DNA of 64,000 nt from Burkholderiaceae bacterium (GCA_024711155.1 JANJTK010000197.1:4739-68738); one strand, 5' to 3'. Numbered from the stretch's first letter, positions 26,967 through 36,608 are shown. The notes: generated by a model from the sequence alone, not told the origin. Numbers and translations: made by a program.

Positions 26967-27539
26967 ATGCTGATCGAGGGCCAGTTCCCGGTCGCCGCTG
27001 CGCCGGAGAGCCTGCTCGGCTGCCTCTTCGACGCGAAGTTGATGGCCTCCTGCCTGCCAGGCTGCGAGACCCTCGAGGCGATCGACGCGGATCGTTATCG
27101 GGCCGTGGTCGTCGTGGGAATGGCCGGCATCAAGGCCCGCTTCGATCTCGAGGTGGAAATTACCCGGCGCGACGCGTTCGACATCTGGACGGTTACCAAG
27201 GGCGCCGAGGGCGGACAGGCGAGCACGCTGCGCGCCGAGAGCCAGGTGAGCCTGCACCCGATCCCGGAAGGCACCCTCGTGAGCTACCGCTCCGATGTGT
27301 CGCTGACCGGTCGGCTCGGGCGGTTCGCACTGGGCATGATGAAGAAGAAGGCGCAGAGCATGGGCGACGAGTTCGCCGCGAACCTGCGCCAGAAGCTGGA
27401 ACAGGTCGGGACCGGCGCCGCGACGCCGCCTGCCGAGGCCGTCCCGGCGCAGCCGGCGCCGCCGCCCGCGTCGCGATCCTGGTGGCGCCGGCTCCTCGCG
27501 TGGCTGCGCGGCGAGCGCGCGGTGCAGAAAGCGGACTGA
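26967..27539 (+). CDS. CoxG-like SRPBCC family protein
   Basis: ORF 26967..27539 with GGAGA upstream. The product reads MLIEGQFPVAAAPESLLGCLFDAKLMASCLPGCE ... GRLGRFALGMMKKKA, with a Pro/Ala-rich tail ending in an amphipathic segment. Confidence 0.75.
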   Translation: MLIEGQFPVAAAPESLLGCLFDAKLMASCLPGCETLEAIDADRYRAVVVVGMAGIKARFDLEVEITRRDAFDIWTVTKGAEGGQASTLRAESQVSLHPIPEGTLVSYRSDVSLTGRLGRFALGMMKKKAQSMGDEFAANLRQKLEQVGTGAATPPAEAVPAQPAPPPASRSWWRRLLAWLRGERAVQKAD

Positions 27540-27556
27540 CTGCGAAGGAATCGGGC

Positions 27557-28408
27557 ATGAGCGCACTGCAAGGACTGTATCGCCCCACCACGGTGGACGA
27601 AGCCACTGCCCTTCTTCGACAGGATCCGGACGCCAAGCCGATGTCGGGCGGGGCGACGCTCGTCGCCATGCTCAACGCCGGAGTGATCGAGCCCGCTGCG
27701 CTGGTCTGCCTGGATCGGATCGAAGAGCTCAAGGGCATCTCGGTATCCGGCGACGGCGGCGTGCGCATCGGAGCCTTCACCCGGCACCGGGAGACGGCGC
27801 AATGCCGGCTCGAGCTGGGTGAACTCGGCGTCGTGCGTCACGCCGCCTCGCAGATTGCAAACGCGACGGTGCGCAACATGGGGACGATCGGAGGGTCGAT
27901 CTCCTTCGCGGACCCGGGCCTCGACTACCCGCCCGCGCTCGTCGCAGCCGGCGCCGCGATCGAGATCGCCTCCGTCGACGGCCGCCGCAGCGTGGCCGCG
28001 CAGGAGTTCTTCGTCGACTGGTACACGACCGCGCTCGAGCCGGGCGAGATCGTCACGGCCGTCATCCTGCCGCCGCCCGAGGGAGGCCAGGGGCTTTACC
28101 TCAAGCACTGCCGCGTCTCGGGCGACTATGCGACGGTCTCGGTGGCGGTGAGCGCGACCGATTCCGGTCGCCTGCGGGTCGCGATCGGCGGGTGCGGTCC
28201 CGTCCCGATTCGCGACGACGAAGCCGACACGATTCTCTCCGCGGACCGCAGCGATGCGGCCTGCGCGCGCGCGGGAGCCCTGCTGCAGGACAGAGCCGAC
28301 CCGCTCGACGACGTACGCGGCAGCGCGGACTACCGCCGCAGACTCATTCCTCGCATGCTCGCCAGTGCCCTTCGCGAGCTCGCGTCCATCAAGGGAGGTG
28401 CCGCGTGA
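27557..28408 (+). CDS. FAD-binding (medium) subunit, set 2 (CoxM-like, no Cys insertion)
   Basis: ATG 27557 lies in ORF 27482..28408. Motifs MSGGATLV, NMGTIGGSISFADPGLDYPPAL and a C-terminal GSADYRRRL are present. Confidence 0.85.
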   Translation: MSALQGLYRPTTVDEATALLRQDPDAKPMSGGATLVAMLNAGVIEPAALVCLDRIEELKGISVSGDGGVRIGAFTRHRETAQCRLELGELGVVRHAASQIANATVRNMGTIGGSISFADPGLDYPPALVAAGAAIEIASVDGRRSVAAQEFFVDWYTTALEPGEIVTAVILPPPEGGQGLYLKHCRVSGDYATVSVAVSATDSGRLRVAIGGCGPVPIRDDEADTILSADRSDAACARAGALLQDRADPLDDVRGSADYRRRLIPRMLASALRELASIKGGAA

Positions 28409-28914
28409 ATCTGCCTTCGTCCACGGCCGAGGCGACCATCCTCACCCTGCGCATCAATGGCGAGCAGGTGCAGGTGCGCGCCGGCCTGCGCGACACGCTG
28501 TTGACCGTGTTGCGTGACCAGCTGCAGCTGACCGCGGCCAAGCGGGGCTGCAACCAGGGCGTCTGCGGCGCCTGCACCATCGAGATCGACGGCAGGCCGG
28601 CACGCGCGTGCCTGACGCTGGCGCGCGCCTGCGAGGGCGCCGACGTGCGCACGCTGGAGGGCATGAGCGACAGTCCCGCAATGAAGGCGCTGCAAGACGC
28701 CTTCGCCAGCCACCAGGCGTTCCAGTGCGGGTTCTGCACCCCCGGAATGCTGGTCAGCGCCCGCTCGCTCCTCGAAGGGAATCCTGCGCCGGACGAGGCC
28801 GCAATCCGGGTCGCGATGTCGGGCAACCTGTGCCGGTGCACCGGCTATGTCAGCATCATCGCCGCCGTCGACGCGGCGGCCTCGACACTCGGCGATCACG
28901 GAGCGAGCTCATGA
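28405..28914 (+). CDS. [2Fe-2S]-binding (small) subunit, set 2
   Basis: GTG 28405 (GTGA overlap, RBS AAGGGAGG) lies in ORF 28192..28914. Motifs CNQGVCGACT, CGFCTPGM and CRCTGY are present. Confidence 0.85.
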   Translation: MNLPSSTAEATILTLRINGEQVQVRAGLRDTLLTVLRDQLQLTAAKRGCNQGVCGACTIEIDGRPARACLTLARACEGADVRTLEGMSDSPAMKALQDAFASHQAFQCGFCTPGMLVSARSLLEGNPAPDEAAIRVAMSGNLCRCTGYVSIIAAVDAAASTLGDHGASS

Positions 28915-31286
28915 GCACCGCAACCCGCGACGGTCTCGACCGGCCCGTGCCCGGCGATCGGCAGGCGGTCGGGCGTCCGATCCAGCAGATCGAGGCCGCC
29001 GAGAAGTTGAGCGGATCGGCGCAATACATCGCCGATCTGTACCGACCCGGCATGCTGTACGGGGCGATCGTCCAGAGCACGCACGCGCACGCGCGCATCC
29101 GCGGTTACGACCTGTCGGACGCCCTGGCACTTGCAGGCGTGCGCGCGATCGTCACCGGCGACGATCTCGACGAACACCACCGGATGGGCGCGTTCATCAA
29201 GGACGAGCCGGGCTTTGCGAAGGGGAAAGTGCGCTACGTGGGCGAGATCGTCGCCGGCGTCGCGGCCGACACTGAAGAGATCGCGCGCGCGGCGGCGCGC
29301 CTCGTCAAGGTCGACTACGAAGTGCTGTCCCCGGTCCTGGATCCCGCCGACGCGCTCGGATCCGACGCAGCGCGCGTGCATGAACGAGCCGAATCGTACG
29401 AAAAGGTCTTCGATTCCGGGACGGCCGGCAACGTCTGCTCGCGGACCGCATTCCGGCAGGGCGAACCCGACGGTGCGTGGGCCGACTGCGACATCGTCGT
29501 CGAGGGGGAGTACCAGACCCAGGCGCAGGCGCACCTGTCGATCGAGCCGTGCGGCGCGCTGGCGGAGGTCGACGCCGCTGGCCGGGTGACGCTGTGGTCG
29601 GCGAACCAGTCCGTGTTCAGGGTCCAGGCCAGCGTTTGCGAGTCGCTGGGACTGCCGATGACGAAACTGCGCTGCGTGACGCCGCGCATCGGCGCGGGGT
29701 TCGGGAACAAGATGGAAGCGCACGTCCAGCCGCTGGTCGTGCTGCTCGCCCTGAAGGCCCGGCGTCCGGTCAAGCTGATCCTGAGCCGAGAGGAGGACTT
29801 CGAAACGGTGCGCGCCCGGCATCCGTTCAGGATCCGCATGAAGACGGGGGCGCGCAAGGACGGAACCCTGGTGGCGCGCGAGACCGAATTGCTGCTCGAC
29901 GGCGGTGCCTACGGCGACGACAGTCCCGGCGTTCTCGGATACGCGCTGCTCATGAACTGCGGCCCCTACCGCATCCCGAACGTGCACGCGCACGGCCAGG
30001 TCGTCTACACCAACAAGATGCGCTTCGGCGCCATGCGCGGCTTCGGCGTGCCGCAGGTCACCTTTGCGTCGGAACAGCAGCTCGACGAGATCGCTCGCAG
30101 GCTCGACATGGATCCGCTCGCACTGCGGCGCAGGAACATGCTGTCGCCGGGCGATCCCTGGTTCGGCTACCAGGAAGTGCGCTCGAACGGCCTGGCGCAG
30201 TGCGTCGACATCGTCGAGCGCGAGTCCGGCATGGCGGCGCGCCGTACGCGGGGCTGCCACGACGACGAACGTCCCGGGCGTCGACGCGGATTCGGCGTCG
30301 CGCTGACCGCCCACATCAGCGGGCTGCTCTCGTCCGGCGCCATCGTGCGGATGCTCGAGGACGGAAGCGTGCTGCTGAATACCGGTGCAGTCGACATCGG
30401 GCAGGGCTCGAACACGGTGCTGACGCAGATCTGCGCGGAGTCGCTGAAGCTGCCGGTGGAGCGTGTGGCCATCGCCAGCCCCGACACCGACGGTTCTCCG
30501 TACAACTGGGGCACGACGGCCAGCCGCGTCACCTACGTCACCGGGCGCTCGGTCGCCAAGGCCGCTGCCGAGGTCGAGCGCAAGCTCAAGGAGCACGCGA
30601 GCGAAATGCTCGAGTGCGGCATCGACGATCTCGAACTGCTGCCGGGCGGGAAGGTCGCGATCAAGGGCGTCGGGCAACGCTCGGTCAGTTTCGCCGCGAT
30701 TTCCGGGCGCGCCCACTGGGCTGCGGGCGGTCCGATCATCGGCACCGACAGCTGGGTCTTCGACCAGAAGACCTTCGACCCCAAGCGCTGCACCACGCTC
30801 GGGCTCCCGTTCCCGCAGATCGGAATCTTCAGCTTCGGGGCCCTCGTGACCGAGGTCGAGATCGACGACGCGACCGGCCGCGTTCGCGTGCTGGGCGCGT
30901 GGTCGGCCTGCGACCTCGGCTACGCGATCAATCCCGCCATGGCGAGGGGACAGGTCGAGGGCGCGTTCGTGCAGGGCATGGGCTACGCGCTGACGGAGGA
31001 ACTGGTCTGGGACGGCGGCCGTCTCGCCAATCCCACGCTGATGGACTACAAGATCCCGACGGTCGCGGAACTGCCCGCCACGCTGCGCGCCTACCTGGTC
31101 GAGTCGGAGGAGCCGAGCGGGCCGTTCGGAGCGAAGAGCGTCGGCGAACTCGGGATCAACGGTGTCGCGGCAGCCATCGCGAACGCCATTGCCGATGCCA
31201 CCGGCGTGCGCCTGCACAGGCTTCCGATGACACCGGAACGTGTCCTCGACGGGTTGCTGGCGGACAGCGCCGGTGCGGGGCATTGA
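28911..31286 (+). CDS. xanthine-oxidase-family molybdopterin (large) subunit, set 2
   Basis: ATG 28911 (ATGA overlap) lies in ORF 28608..31286 (791 aa). Motifs GKVRYVGEIVAGVAA, RIGAGFGNK, GAMRGFGVPQ, VDIGQG and GPFGAKSVGE are present. There is no CODH-type AYxCSFR loop. Confidence 0.85.
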   Translation: MSTATRDGLDRPVPGDRQAVGRPIQQIEAAEKLSGSAQYIADLYRPGMLYGAIVQSTHAHARIRGYDLSDALALAGVRAIVTGDDLDEHHRMGAFIKDEPGFAKGKVRYVGEIVAGVAADTEEIARAAARLVKVDYEVLSPVLDPADALGSDAARVHERAESYEKVFDSGTAGNVCSRTAFRQGEPDGAWADCDIVVEGEYQTQAQAHLSIEPCGALAEVDAAGRVTLWSANQSVFRVQASVCESLGLPMTKLRCVTPRIGAGFGNKMEAHVQPLVVLLALKARRPVKLILSREEDFETVRARHPFRIRMKTGARKDGTLVARETELLLDGGAYGDDSPGVLGYALLMNCGPYRIPNVHAHGQVVYTNKMRFGAMRGFGVPQVTFASEQQLDEIARRLDMDPLALRRRNMLSPGDPWFGYQEVRSNGLAQCVDIVERESGMAARRTRGCHDDERPGRRRGFGVALTAHISGLLSSGAIVRMLEDGSVLLNTGAVDIGQGSNTVLTQICAESLKLPVERVAIASPDTDGSPYNWGTTASRVTYVTGRSVAKAAAEVERKLKEHASEMLECGIDDLELLPGGKVAIKGVGQRSVSFAAISGRAHWAAGGPIIGTDSWVFDQKTFDPKRCTTLGLPFPQIGIFSFGALVTEVEIDDATGRVRVLGAWSACDLGYAINPAMARGQVEGAFVQGMGYALTEELVWDGGRLANPTLMDYKIPTVAELPATLRAYLVESEEPSGPFGAKSVGELGINGVAAAIANAIADATGVRLHRLPMTPERVLDGLLADSAGAGH

Positions 31287-31393
31287 CGGGTGCAGGACTT
31301 CGGCGTAAGGATCGTGCGCATCGCATCGACAGCGGCGTCATCCGCGGCGGAGCGAAGAAGCACGCAACAGCAACGATCACCAGGAGACAACCC

Positions 31394-32599
31394 ATGAAGA
31401 CTCTCTCGAAGCGGCGTGCCGTACTGGCCGCAACGGTCGGCGCGGTCGCGGCCGCCGCCGGATTCGCCGCTGCGCCCGCCTGGGCGCAGGCCGACAAGCC
31501 GTTGCGGATCGGATTCTCGATGGCGCGCACCGGACCGCTCGCCAATGCCACCGTCTCGCAGGCGAACACCTACGAACTGTGGCGCGAGCAGATCAATGCG
31601 CGCGGCGGCATGAATGTCGGCGGCACGAAGCGCAAGGTCGAGTTCGTCAGCTACGACGACCAGTCGAAGCCCGACCAGGCCGTGCGCGTCTACGAGAAGC
31701 TCATCACCGACGACAAGGTCGATCTGCTGATCGCGCCCTGGGGCACGCCGTTCCATATCGCGATCGCTCCGGTGCTCGAGAAATACCGCTTCCCGATGGT
31801 CGGCAACACCGCTGCGTCGGTCAGCCTGCGCCAGGTCAAGCCGGGTTACATCTGGTTCCCGACCTCGGCGATTCCAGACCGCATCGGCGACGAACTGGCG
31901 GCCCTCCTCGTGGAGAACAAGGTCAAGTCGGTGGCCATCATCGCCAACGTCCTGCCGTTCACCAAGGAGATCCGCAACTTCACCGAACCGGCGGTCAAGA
32001 AGGCGGGCATCGAGGTCAAGCTCATCGCCGAGTATCCGCCTGACATCAAGGACATGACCTCGGTCCTGACGCAGATCAAGCAGGCGAACGTCGACGCCGT
32101 CCTGGCGCTGTCCTACCCGGGCGACTCGGTGCTCTACGCGCGGCAGGCCAAGGAGCTGAACCTGACCAATCCGTTCCAGTTCGTCGCCGTCGGTCCGAGC
32201 GACGCGTTCTTTCCGAAGGCCGTCGGCGCCTCGTCGGCCGAGGGTGTGGTGACGATTGCGCACTGGTCGCCGCGCCCCGACTGGAAGGGATCGCAGGAGT
32301 TCCTCGACTCGTACGTGAAGAAGTTCAAGGACGAGCCCGACTACCTGAACTCGGCGCTCGCGTGGGTTTCGCTCGAGATTCTCGAAGCGGCGGTGGCCAA
32401 GGGCGGACTCGACAAGGAGAAGATCCGCGAGATCGTCCGGACCGGGACCTTCGACACGATCAACGGCAAGGTGAAGTTCGACGGCGTGCAGAACACCATC
32501 ACGCCGACGGCGTTCGTCCAGATGCAGCAAGGCAAGCTGAAGCTCATCTGGCCGAAGTCGATCGCCAGCGGCCAGTACACGCCCAAGAAGGGCTGGTAA
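31394..32599 (+). CDS. ABC transporter substrate-binding protein (LivK/branched-chain amino acid-type, family also used for aromatic acids)
   Basis: ATG 31394 (AGGAGA upstream) lies in ORF 29477..32599. The signal peptide ends AAPAWAQA. The mature protein has the type I periplasmic binding fold. Confidence 0.82.
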   Translation: MKTLSKRRAVLAATVGAVAAAAGFAAAPAWAQADKPLRIGFSMARTGPLANATVSQANTYELWREQINARGGMNVGGTKRKVEFVSYDDQSKPDQAVRVYEKLITDDKVDLLIAPWGTPFHIAIAPVLEKYRFPMVGNTAASVSLRQVKPGYIWFPTSAIPDRIGDELAALLVENKVKSVAIIANVLPFTKEIRNFTEPAVKKAGIEVKLIAEYPPDIKDMTSVLTQIKQANVDAVLALSYPGDSVLYARQAKELNLTNPFQFVAVGPSDAFFPKAVGASSAEGVVTIAHWSPRPDWKGSQEFLDSYVKKFKDEPDYLNSALAWVSLEILEAAVAKGGLDKEKIREIVRTGTFDTINGKVKFDGVQNTITPTAFVQMQQGKLKLIWPKSIASGQYTPKKGW

Positions 32600-32621
32600 G
32601 CCGCACCGGACGCGACACGCC

Positions 32622-33521
32622 TTGCCGGTTCTCGATGTCCTCCTGTCGGGGCAGCTGCTGTTCGCTGCCCTGGTGACGGGCGCCCTGTACGCCCTGGTCG
32701 CGCTCGGCCTGAACCTTGTCTACGGCACCATGCGCGTCCTGAACGTCGCGCATGGCGACCTGGTGATGCTGGGCGCCTACGGGGCGTTCTACGGGTGGAC
32801 CCTGGCGGGCGTGTCGCCTCTGGCGGCCGTCCCGCTGGTTGCCGCGGTCGGCGGACTCGCCGGCTATGGCATCTACCGCGGCGTGTTCCGGCGCCTGCTG
32901 GCGGCGGGTGCACTCAACGCCGCCCGGCTCGAAGGCAATTCACTGCTGCTGTTCTTCGGCATCTCGATCATCCTGCAGAACGTTGCTGCCCTGCTGTTCA
33001 CGCCGAACCTGCAGGGCTACCAGTACCTGTCCGACGTCGTCCGGATCGGCAACGTCTCGATGACCATGAACCGGATCGCCGCGCTGCTGATCGCCGGGAC
33101 GGCCTGCATCGGCGTCGCCGTCTTCCTGGGCCGCAGCATCACCGGGCTGGCGATGCGCGCGGTGATCGAGAAGCGCGAAGCGGCCTACGTCGTCGGCGTC
33201 AACGTCGACAGCGTGCAGGCCTTCAGCTTCGTGATCGGATTCGGCACCGCCGCGCTCGGCGGAGTGTTGATCTCGATGCTCGAGCAGTTCTCGCCCTTCT
33301 CCGGGTTCCCGTTCACGATCGCGGGTTTCATCGTGATCATTCTCGGCGGTCTCGGAAACCTCACGGCCGGTTTGGTGGCCGCGCTGTTACTGGGCGTCAT
33401 CGAAACCTACGGCGTGGCGCTGACCTCGGCCAACCTGCGCTCGGTGCTTCTCTACGGGGCGTTCGTCGGCGCTCTGCTGCTGTTCCCGCGCGGCGTGTTC
33501 ACGCGGGCCACCCGGCTCTGA
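32622..33521 (+). CDS. ABC transporter permease (LivH-like)
   Basis: ORF 32622..33521 with a TTG start. The product is a multi-pass hydrophobic protein with ALVALGLNLVYGTMRVLNVAHGD. Confidence 0.8.
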   Translation: MPVLDVLLSGQLLFAALVTGALYALVALGLNLVYGTMRVLNVAHGDLVMLGAYGAFYGWTLAGVSPLAAVPLVAAVGGLAGYGIYRGVFRRLLAAGALNAARLEGNSLLLFFGISIILQNVAALLFTPNLQGYQYLSDVVRIGNVSMTMNRIAALLIAGTACIGVAVFLGRSITGLAMRAVIEKREAAYVVGVNVDSVQAFSFVIGFGTAALGGVLISMLEQFSPFSGFPFTIAGFIVIILGGLGNLTAGLVAALLLGVIETYGVALTSANLRSVLLYGAFVGALLLFPRGVFTRATRL

Positions 33522-33522
33522 C

Positions 33523-34467
33523 ATGCTCGGTTCCTCCCGTCGCTACCCGCTCGCAGCCGGCGCGGCCATCGCGCTGGCGCTGGTCGCCGTCCCGTTCGTC
33601 GCCAATGCTTACGTCGTCGGGATCGGCCTGACGCTGCTGATGTGGATCGCGCTCACGCAGAGCTGGTGCGTGCTGTCCCAGATGACCGGCTACGTTTCAC
33701 TTGGGCACGTCGTGTTCTACGGCATCGGCGCGTACTTCGCCGTCGTGACCTGGCAGCAGGTTCCGCTGCCGGTCGTGATTCCGGTCGCCGGGCTGATCGC
33801 CGCCGCCTTCGCCGCGCTGGTGGGACTGCCGGTGCTGCGGGTGCGGGGGCCCTACTTCGTGATTCTCACCTTCGGCCTCGCCGAACTCGTCAAGTACAGC
33901 ATCATGGCGTACGAGTCGGCCAGCGGCATGGCGAGCCGCATCCTGTTCGGCACACCCGACCTGGTCGTCGTCTACTTCCTGATGTTCGGACTCGCCATCG
34001 CGGCCGTCATCCTGCTCGAGTGGGTCAGCAGCTCACGCTTCGGCCACGGCCTGCGGTCGCTGCGCGAGAACGAGGAAGCCGCGGAAACCCTGGGCGTTCC
34101 GATCGTCCGGTTCAAGCTCATCGCATTCGTCCTGTCAGCCGCCATCCCAGGGATGGTGGGCGCCGTCATGGCGCTCCGATCGACCTATTTCGTCGTTGGG
34201 CAGGTTTTCGACCCGATGATCTCGATCACCGTCATTGCAATGGCAGTGCTCGGAGGAGGCGACAACTCGCGCGGGCCGCTGCTCGGCGTCATCTTCCTTT
34301 CGATCCTCTCCGAAGCGCTGTGGGCGCACGCACCGCTGCTCTACATGATCGTCCTCGGCGCCATCCTGATCGTCTTCGTGCTGCTGATCCCCGGCGGTCT
34401 CGTCGGGATGTGGGAGGCGCGCACCGCGAAGCGGGCAGCCACCTCGAACCCGTTGCCGGTGCGCTAA
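33523..34467 (+). CDS. ABC transporter permease (LivM-like)
   Basis: ORF 33523..34467. Motifs GYVSLGHVVFYGIGAY and LRENEEAAETLG are present. Confidence 0.8.
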   Translation: MLGSSRRYPLAAGAAIALALVAVPFVANAYVVGIGLTLLMWIALTQSWCVLSQMTGYVSLGHVVFYGIGAYFAVVTWQQVPLPVVIPVAGLIAAAFAALVGLPVLRVRGPYFVILTFGLAELVKYSIMAYESASGMASRILFGTPDLVVVYFLMFGLAIAAVILLEWVSSSRFGHGLRSLRENEEAAETLGVPIVRFKLIAFVLSAAIPGMVGAVMALRSTYFVVGQVFDPMISITVIAMAVLGGGDNSRGPLLGVIFLSILSEALWAHAPLLYMIVLGAILIVFVLLIPGGLVGMWEARTAKRAATSNPLPVR

Positions 34468-35201
34468 TGAGCGCGTTGCTGTCGATCAAGGGCCTGGGCA
34501 AGCGCTTCGGAGGGCTCACGGCGCTCGAAGACGTCTCGTTCGAGGTCGATGCGGGCCGAATCGTCGGCATCATGGGCGCCAACGGGGCGGGCAAGACGAC
34601 GATGTTCAGCCTGATCGCCGGCAACGTGCGCCCGAGCATGGGCGACATTCGATTCCGCGGTGATTCACTGGTTGGGCGGCGGCCCGACCAGATCTGCCGG
34701 ATGGGCATCGCGCGCACGTTCCAGATCGTCAAGCCGTTTCCGGCGCTTTCGGTACTCGGGAACCTTCGCACCGCAGGGATGTTCGGGAAGGCGCAGCACC
34801 GCAGCGCCGCTCAGGCCGACGAAGCGTCGATGCAGGTGCTGCGCGATCTCGGCCTCGACGACGTCGCCGACCGGCCAGCATCGACGCTCACGCTGGCAGG
34901 CCAGAAGCGGCTCGAAGTGGCGCGCGCCATCGCAACGGGGGCAGAACTCATCCTGCTCGACGAGGTCATGGCGGGACTCACGCCGGTCGAGGTTGCCGCG
35001 ATGCTGGACACCTTGCGACGGGTGCAGGCCGAGCGAGGACTCACGCTCCTCGTGATCGAGCATGTCATGCGCGCGTTGATGGACCTGTGCAGCCACCTGA
35101 TCGTGCTTCACCACGGAAGGCTCATCGCCGAGGGGGACCCGCAGAGCATCGGGCGCAACGAGAAGGTGCTGTCGGTTTACTTCGGGGTGTCGAGTGAGTG
35201 A
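34467..35201 (+). CDS. ABC transporter ATP-binding protein (LivG-like)
   Basis: ATG 34467 (TAATG overlap) lies in ORF 33642..35201. Walker A is GANGAGKTT and Walker B is LILLDEV. Confidence 0.85.
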   Translation: MSALLSIKGLGKRFGGLTALEDVSFEVDAGRIVGIMGANGAGKTTMFSLIAGNVRPSMGDIRFRGDSLVGRRPDQICRMGIARTFQIVKPFPALSVLGNLRTAGMFGKAQHRSAAQADEASMQVLRDLGLDDVADRPASTLTLAGQKRLEVARAIATGAELILLDEVMAGLTPVEVAAMLDTLRRVQAERGLTLLVIEHVMRALMDLCSHLIVLHHGRLIAEGDPQSIGRNEKVLSVYFGVSSE

Positions 35202-35913
35202 CGCGTCCGTGCTGGAGATCGACGACCTCGTCGCCGGCTATGGCGCCACCATGGTGATCCACGGGCTGTCGCTGCGGGTCGCTGCGCGCGGCGTCACGGT
35301 GATGCTCGGCGCCAACGGCGCCGGCAAGACCACGCTGATGAAGACGCTCGCCGGCCTCGTCGCGCCGGTTCGCGGCCGCCTTCGCCTGATGGGCGAGGAC
35401 ATCACCCGCGTCAGCAGCGACCGCCGCGTCAGGGCCGGCATGGTGCTGGTGCCCGAGGGCAGGATGGTGTTTCCCAGCCTGAGCGTGCGCGAGAACCTGC
35501 GCCTTGGGGCCATCAATGCCCGCGCGCTGCCCGAATGGCGTCGTACCCTCGACCACGTCTACCACGTCTTTCCACGCCTGCTCGAACGCGAACGGCAGCA
35601 GGCGGTCACGCTGTCGGGTGGCGAACAGCAGATGCTCGCGATCGGCCGCGGCCTGATGGCCAAGCCGACGCTGATGTTGCTCGACGAGCCGTCGCTGGGA
35701 CTCGCGCCGGTGATGTCGGTCCAGATCTTCGACCTGGTCCGACGAATGTCCTCGGAAGGCCTGACCCTGCTGCTCGCCGAGCAGGACGTCCACAAGTCGC
35801 TCGCCGTGGCCACGCAGGCCTACGTGGTGGAGAACGGCCGCATCACTGCCGAAGGGCCCGCCGAGTCGATTGCGGGCGACGCCCGCATCCGGCAGGCCTA
35901 TCTGGGGCTCTGA
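35194..35913 (+). CDS. ABC transporter ATP-binding protein (LivF-like)
   Basis: ORF 35194..35913. Motifs GANGAGKTT, LSGGEQQML and LLDEPSLGLAP are present. Confidence 0.85.
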   Translation: MSDASVLEIDDLVAGYGATMVIHGLSLRVAARGVTVMLGANGAGKTTLMKTLAGLVAPVRGRLRLMGEDITRVSSDRRVRAGMVLVPEGRMVFPSLSVRENLRLGAINARALPEWRRTLDHVYHVFPRLLERERQQAVTLSGGEQQMLAIGRGLMAKPTLMLLDEPSLGLAPVMSVQIFDLVRRMSSEGLTLLLAEQDVHKSLAVATQAYVVENGRITAEGPAESIAGDARIRQAYLGL

Positions 35914-35921
35914 GCCGCCTC

Positions 35922-35982
35922 CCCCGGACTCGCGTCTCCCCGGCTCGCGTCTCCCCGGCTCGCGTTTCCCCGGCTCGCGTTT
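35922..35982. repeat. tandem repeat, 4 copies of a 15-nt unit CCCCGGCTCGCGTCT (first copy 16 nt)
   Basis: Read directly as ccccggactcgcgtct / ccccggctcgcgtct / ccccggctcgcgttt / ccccggctcgcgttt. It lies between the convergent stops of the LivF-like gene (35913) and ubiX (35997). Confidence 0.85.
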
Positions 35983-35996
35983 TCGCCGCGGGCTGC

Positions 35997-36572
35997 TCAG
36001 CCGGGAGGGGCCGGTTCCTTCCAGCGCTTCATCAGCGAGTGGCAAATGCCGAACTGGTCGAGCGCCTTGCCGACCGTGTGGTTGACGATGTCGTCGAGGG
36101 TCTTCGGCCGGTTGTAGAACGCCGGCATCGGAGGCATCATCACCGCCCCGTAACGGGCGGCTCGCGTCATCAGCTCCAGGTGGCCCAGGTGAAGCGGCGC
36201 CTCCCGAACGACGAGAACGAGCGGGCGTCGCTCCTTCAGGCAGACGTCGGCCGCCCGCGTCAGCAGGTTGTCGTTGTGCGAGTTGGCAATCTCGGACAGG
36301 GTCTTGATCGAGCACGGCGCCACGATCATTCCGGCCGTGAGATACGACCCGCTCGAAATCGCAGCCCCGATGTCTGCGTGCGGATGAACGACGTCCGCGA
36401 GCGCCTCGACGGCTGACGCCTTCCAGTCCGTCTCGTCGGCGATCGTGCGGCGCGCCGAGGGCGACATCACCAGATGCGTTTCGACGTCAGGAACGTTGCT
36501 GAGCGCCTCCAGCGCCCGGATGCCGTAGATGGCACCCGACGCGCCGGAAATCCCGATGATCAGCCGCTTCAT
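35997..36572 (-). CDS. ubiX: UbiX-family flavin prenyltransferase (prFMN synthase)
   Basis: From ORF 35997..36578, trimmed to ATG 36572 (GAGGAG 5 nt upstream). Motifs GISGASGAIYG, MIVAPCSIKTL and LVVREAPL are present. Confidence 0.88.
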   Translation of the reverse strand: MKRLIIGISGASGAIYGIRALEALSNVPDVETHLVMSPSARRTIADETDWKASAVEALADVVHPHADIGAAISSGSYLTAGMIVAPCSIKTLSEIANSHNDNLLTRAADVCLKERRPLVLVVREAPLHLGHLELMTRAARYGAVMMPPMPAFYNRPKTLDDIVNHTVGKALDQFGICHSLMKRWKEPAPPG

Positions 36573-36608
36573 TGCCACTCCTCGATGATCGCCGTTCGCG
36601 CCTGCGCC

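Noticed and set aside
26967-31286. CoxG-M-S-L set as an aerobic carbon monoxide dehydrogenase.
   Set aside because: The large subunit lacks the CODH active-site loop signatures (AYxCSFR for form I, AYRGAGR for form II). No coxD/E/F genes follow. It is more likely an organic-substrate hydroxylase.
35922-35982. The 15-nt repeat array as a CRISPR array.
   Set aside because: The copies are directly abutting with no spacers. The unit is far shorter than CRISPR repeats, and no cas genes are present.
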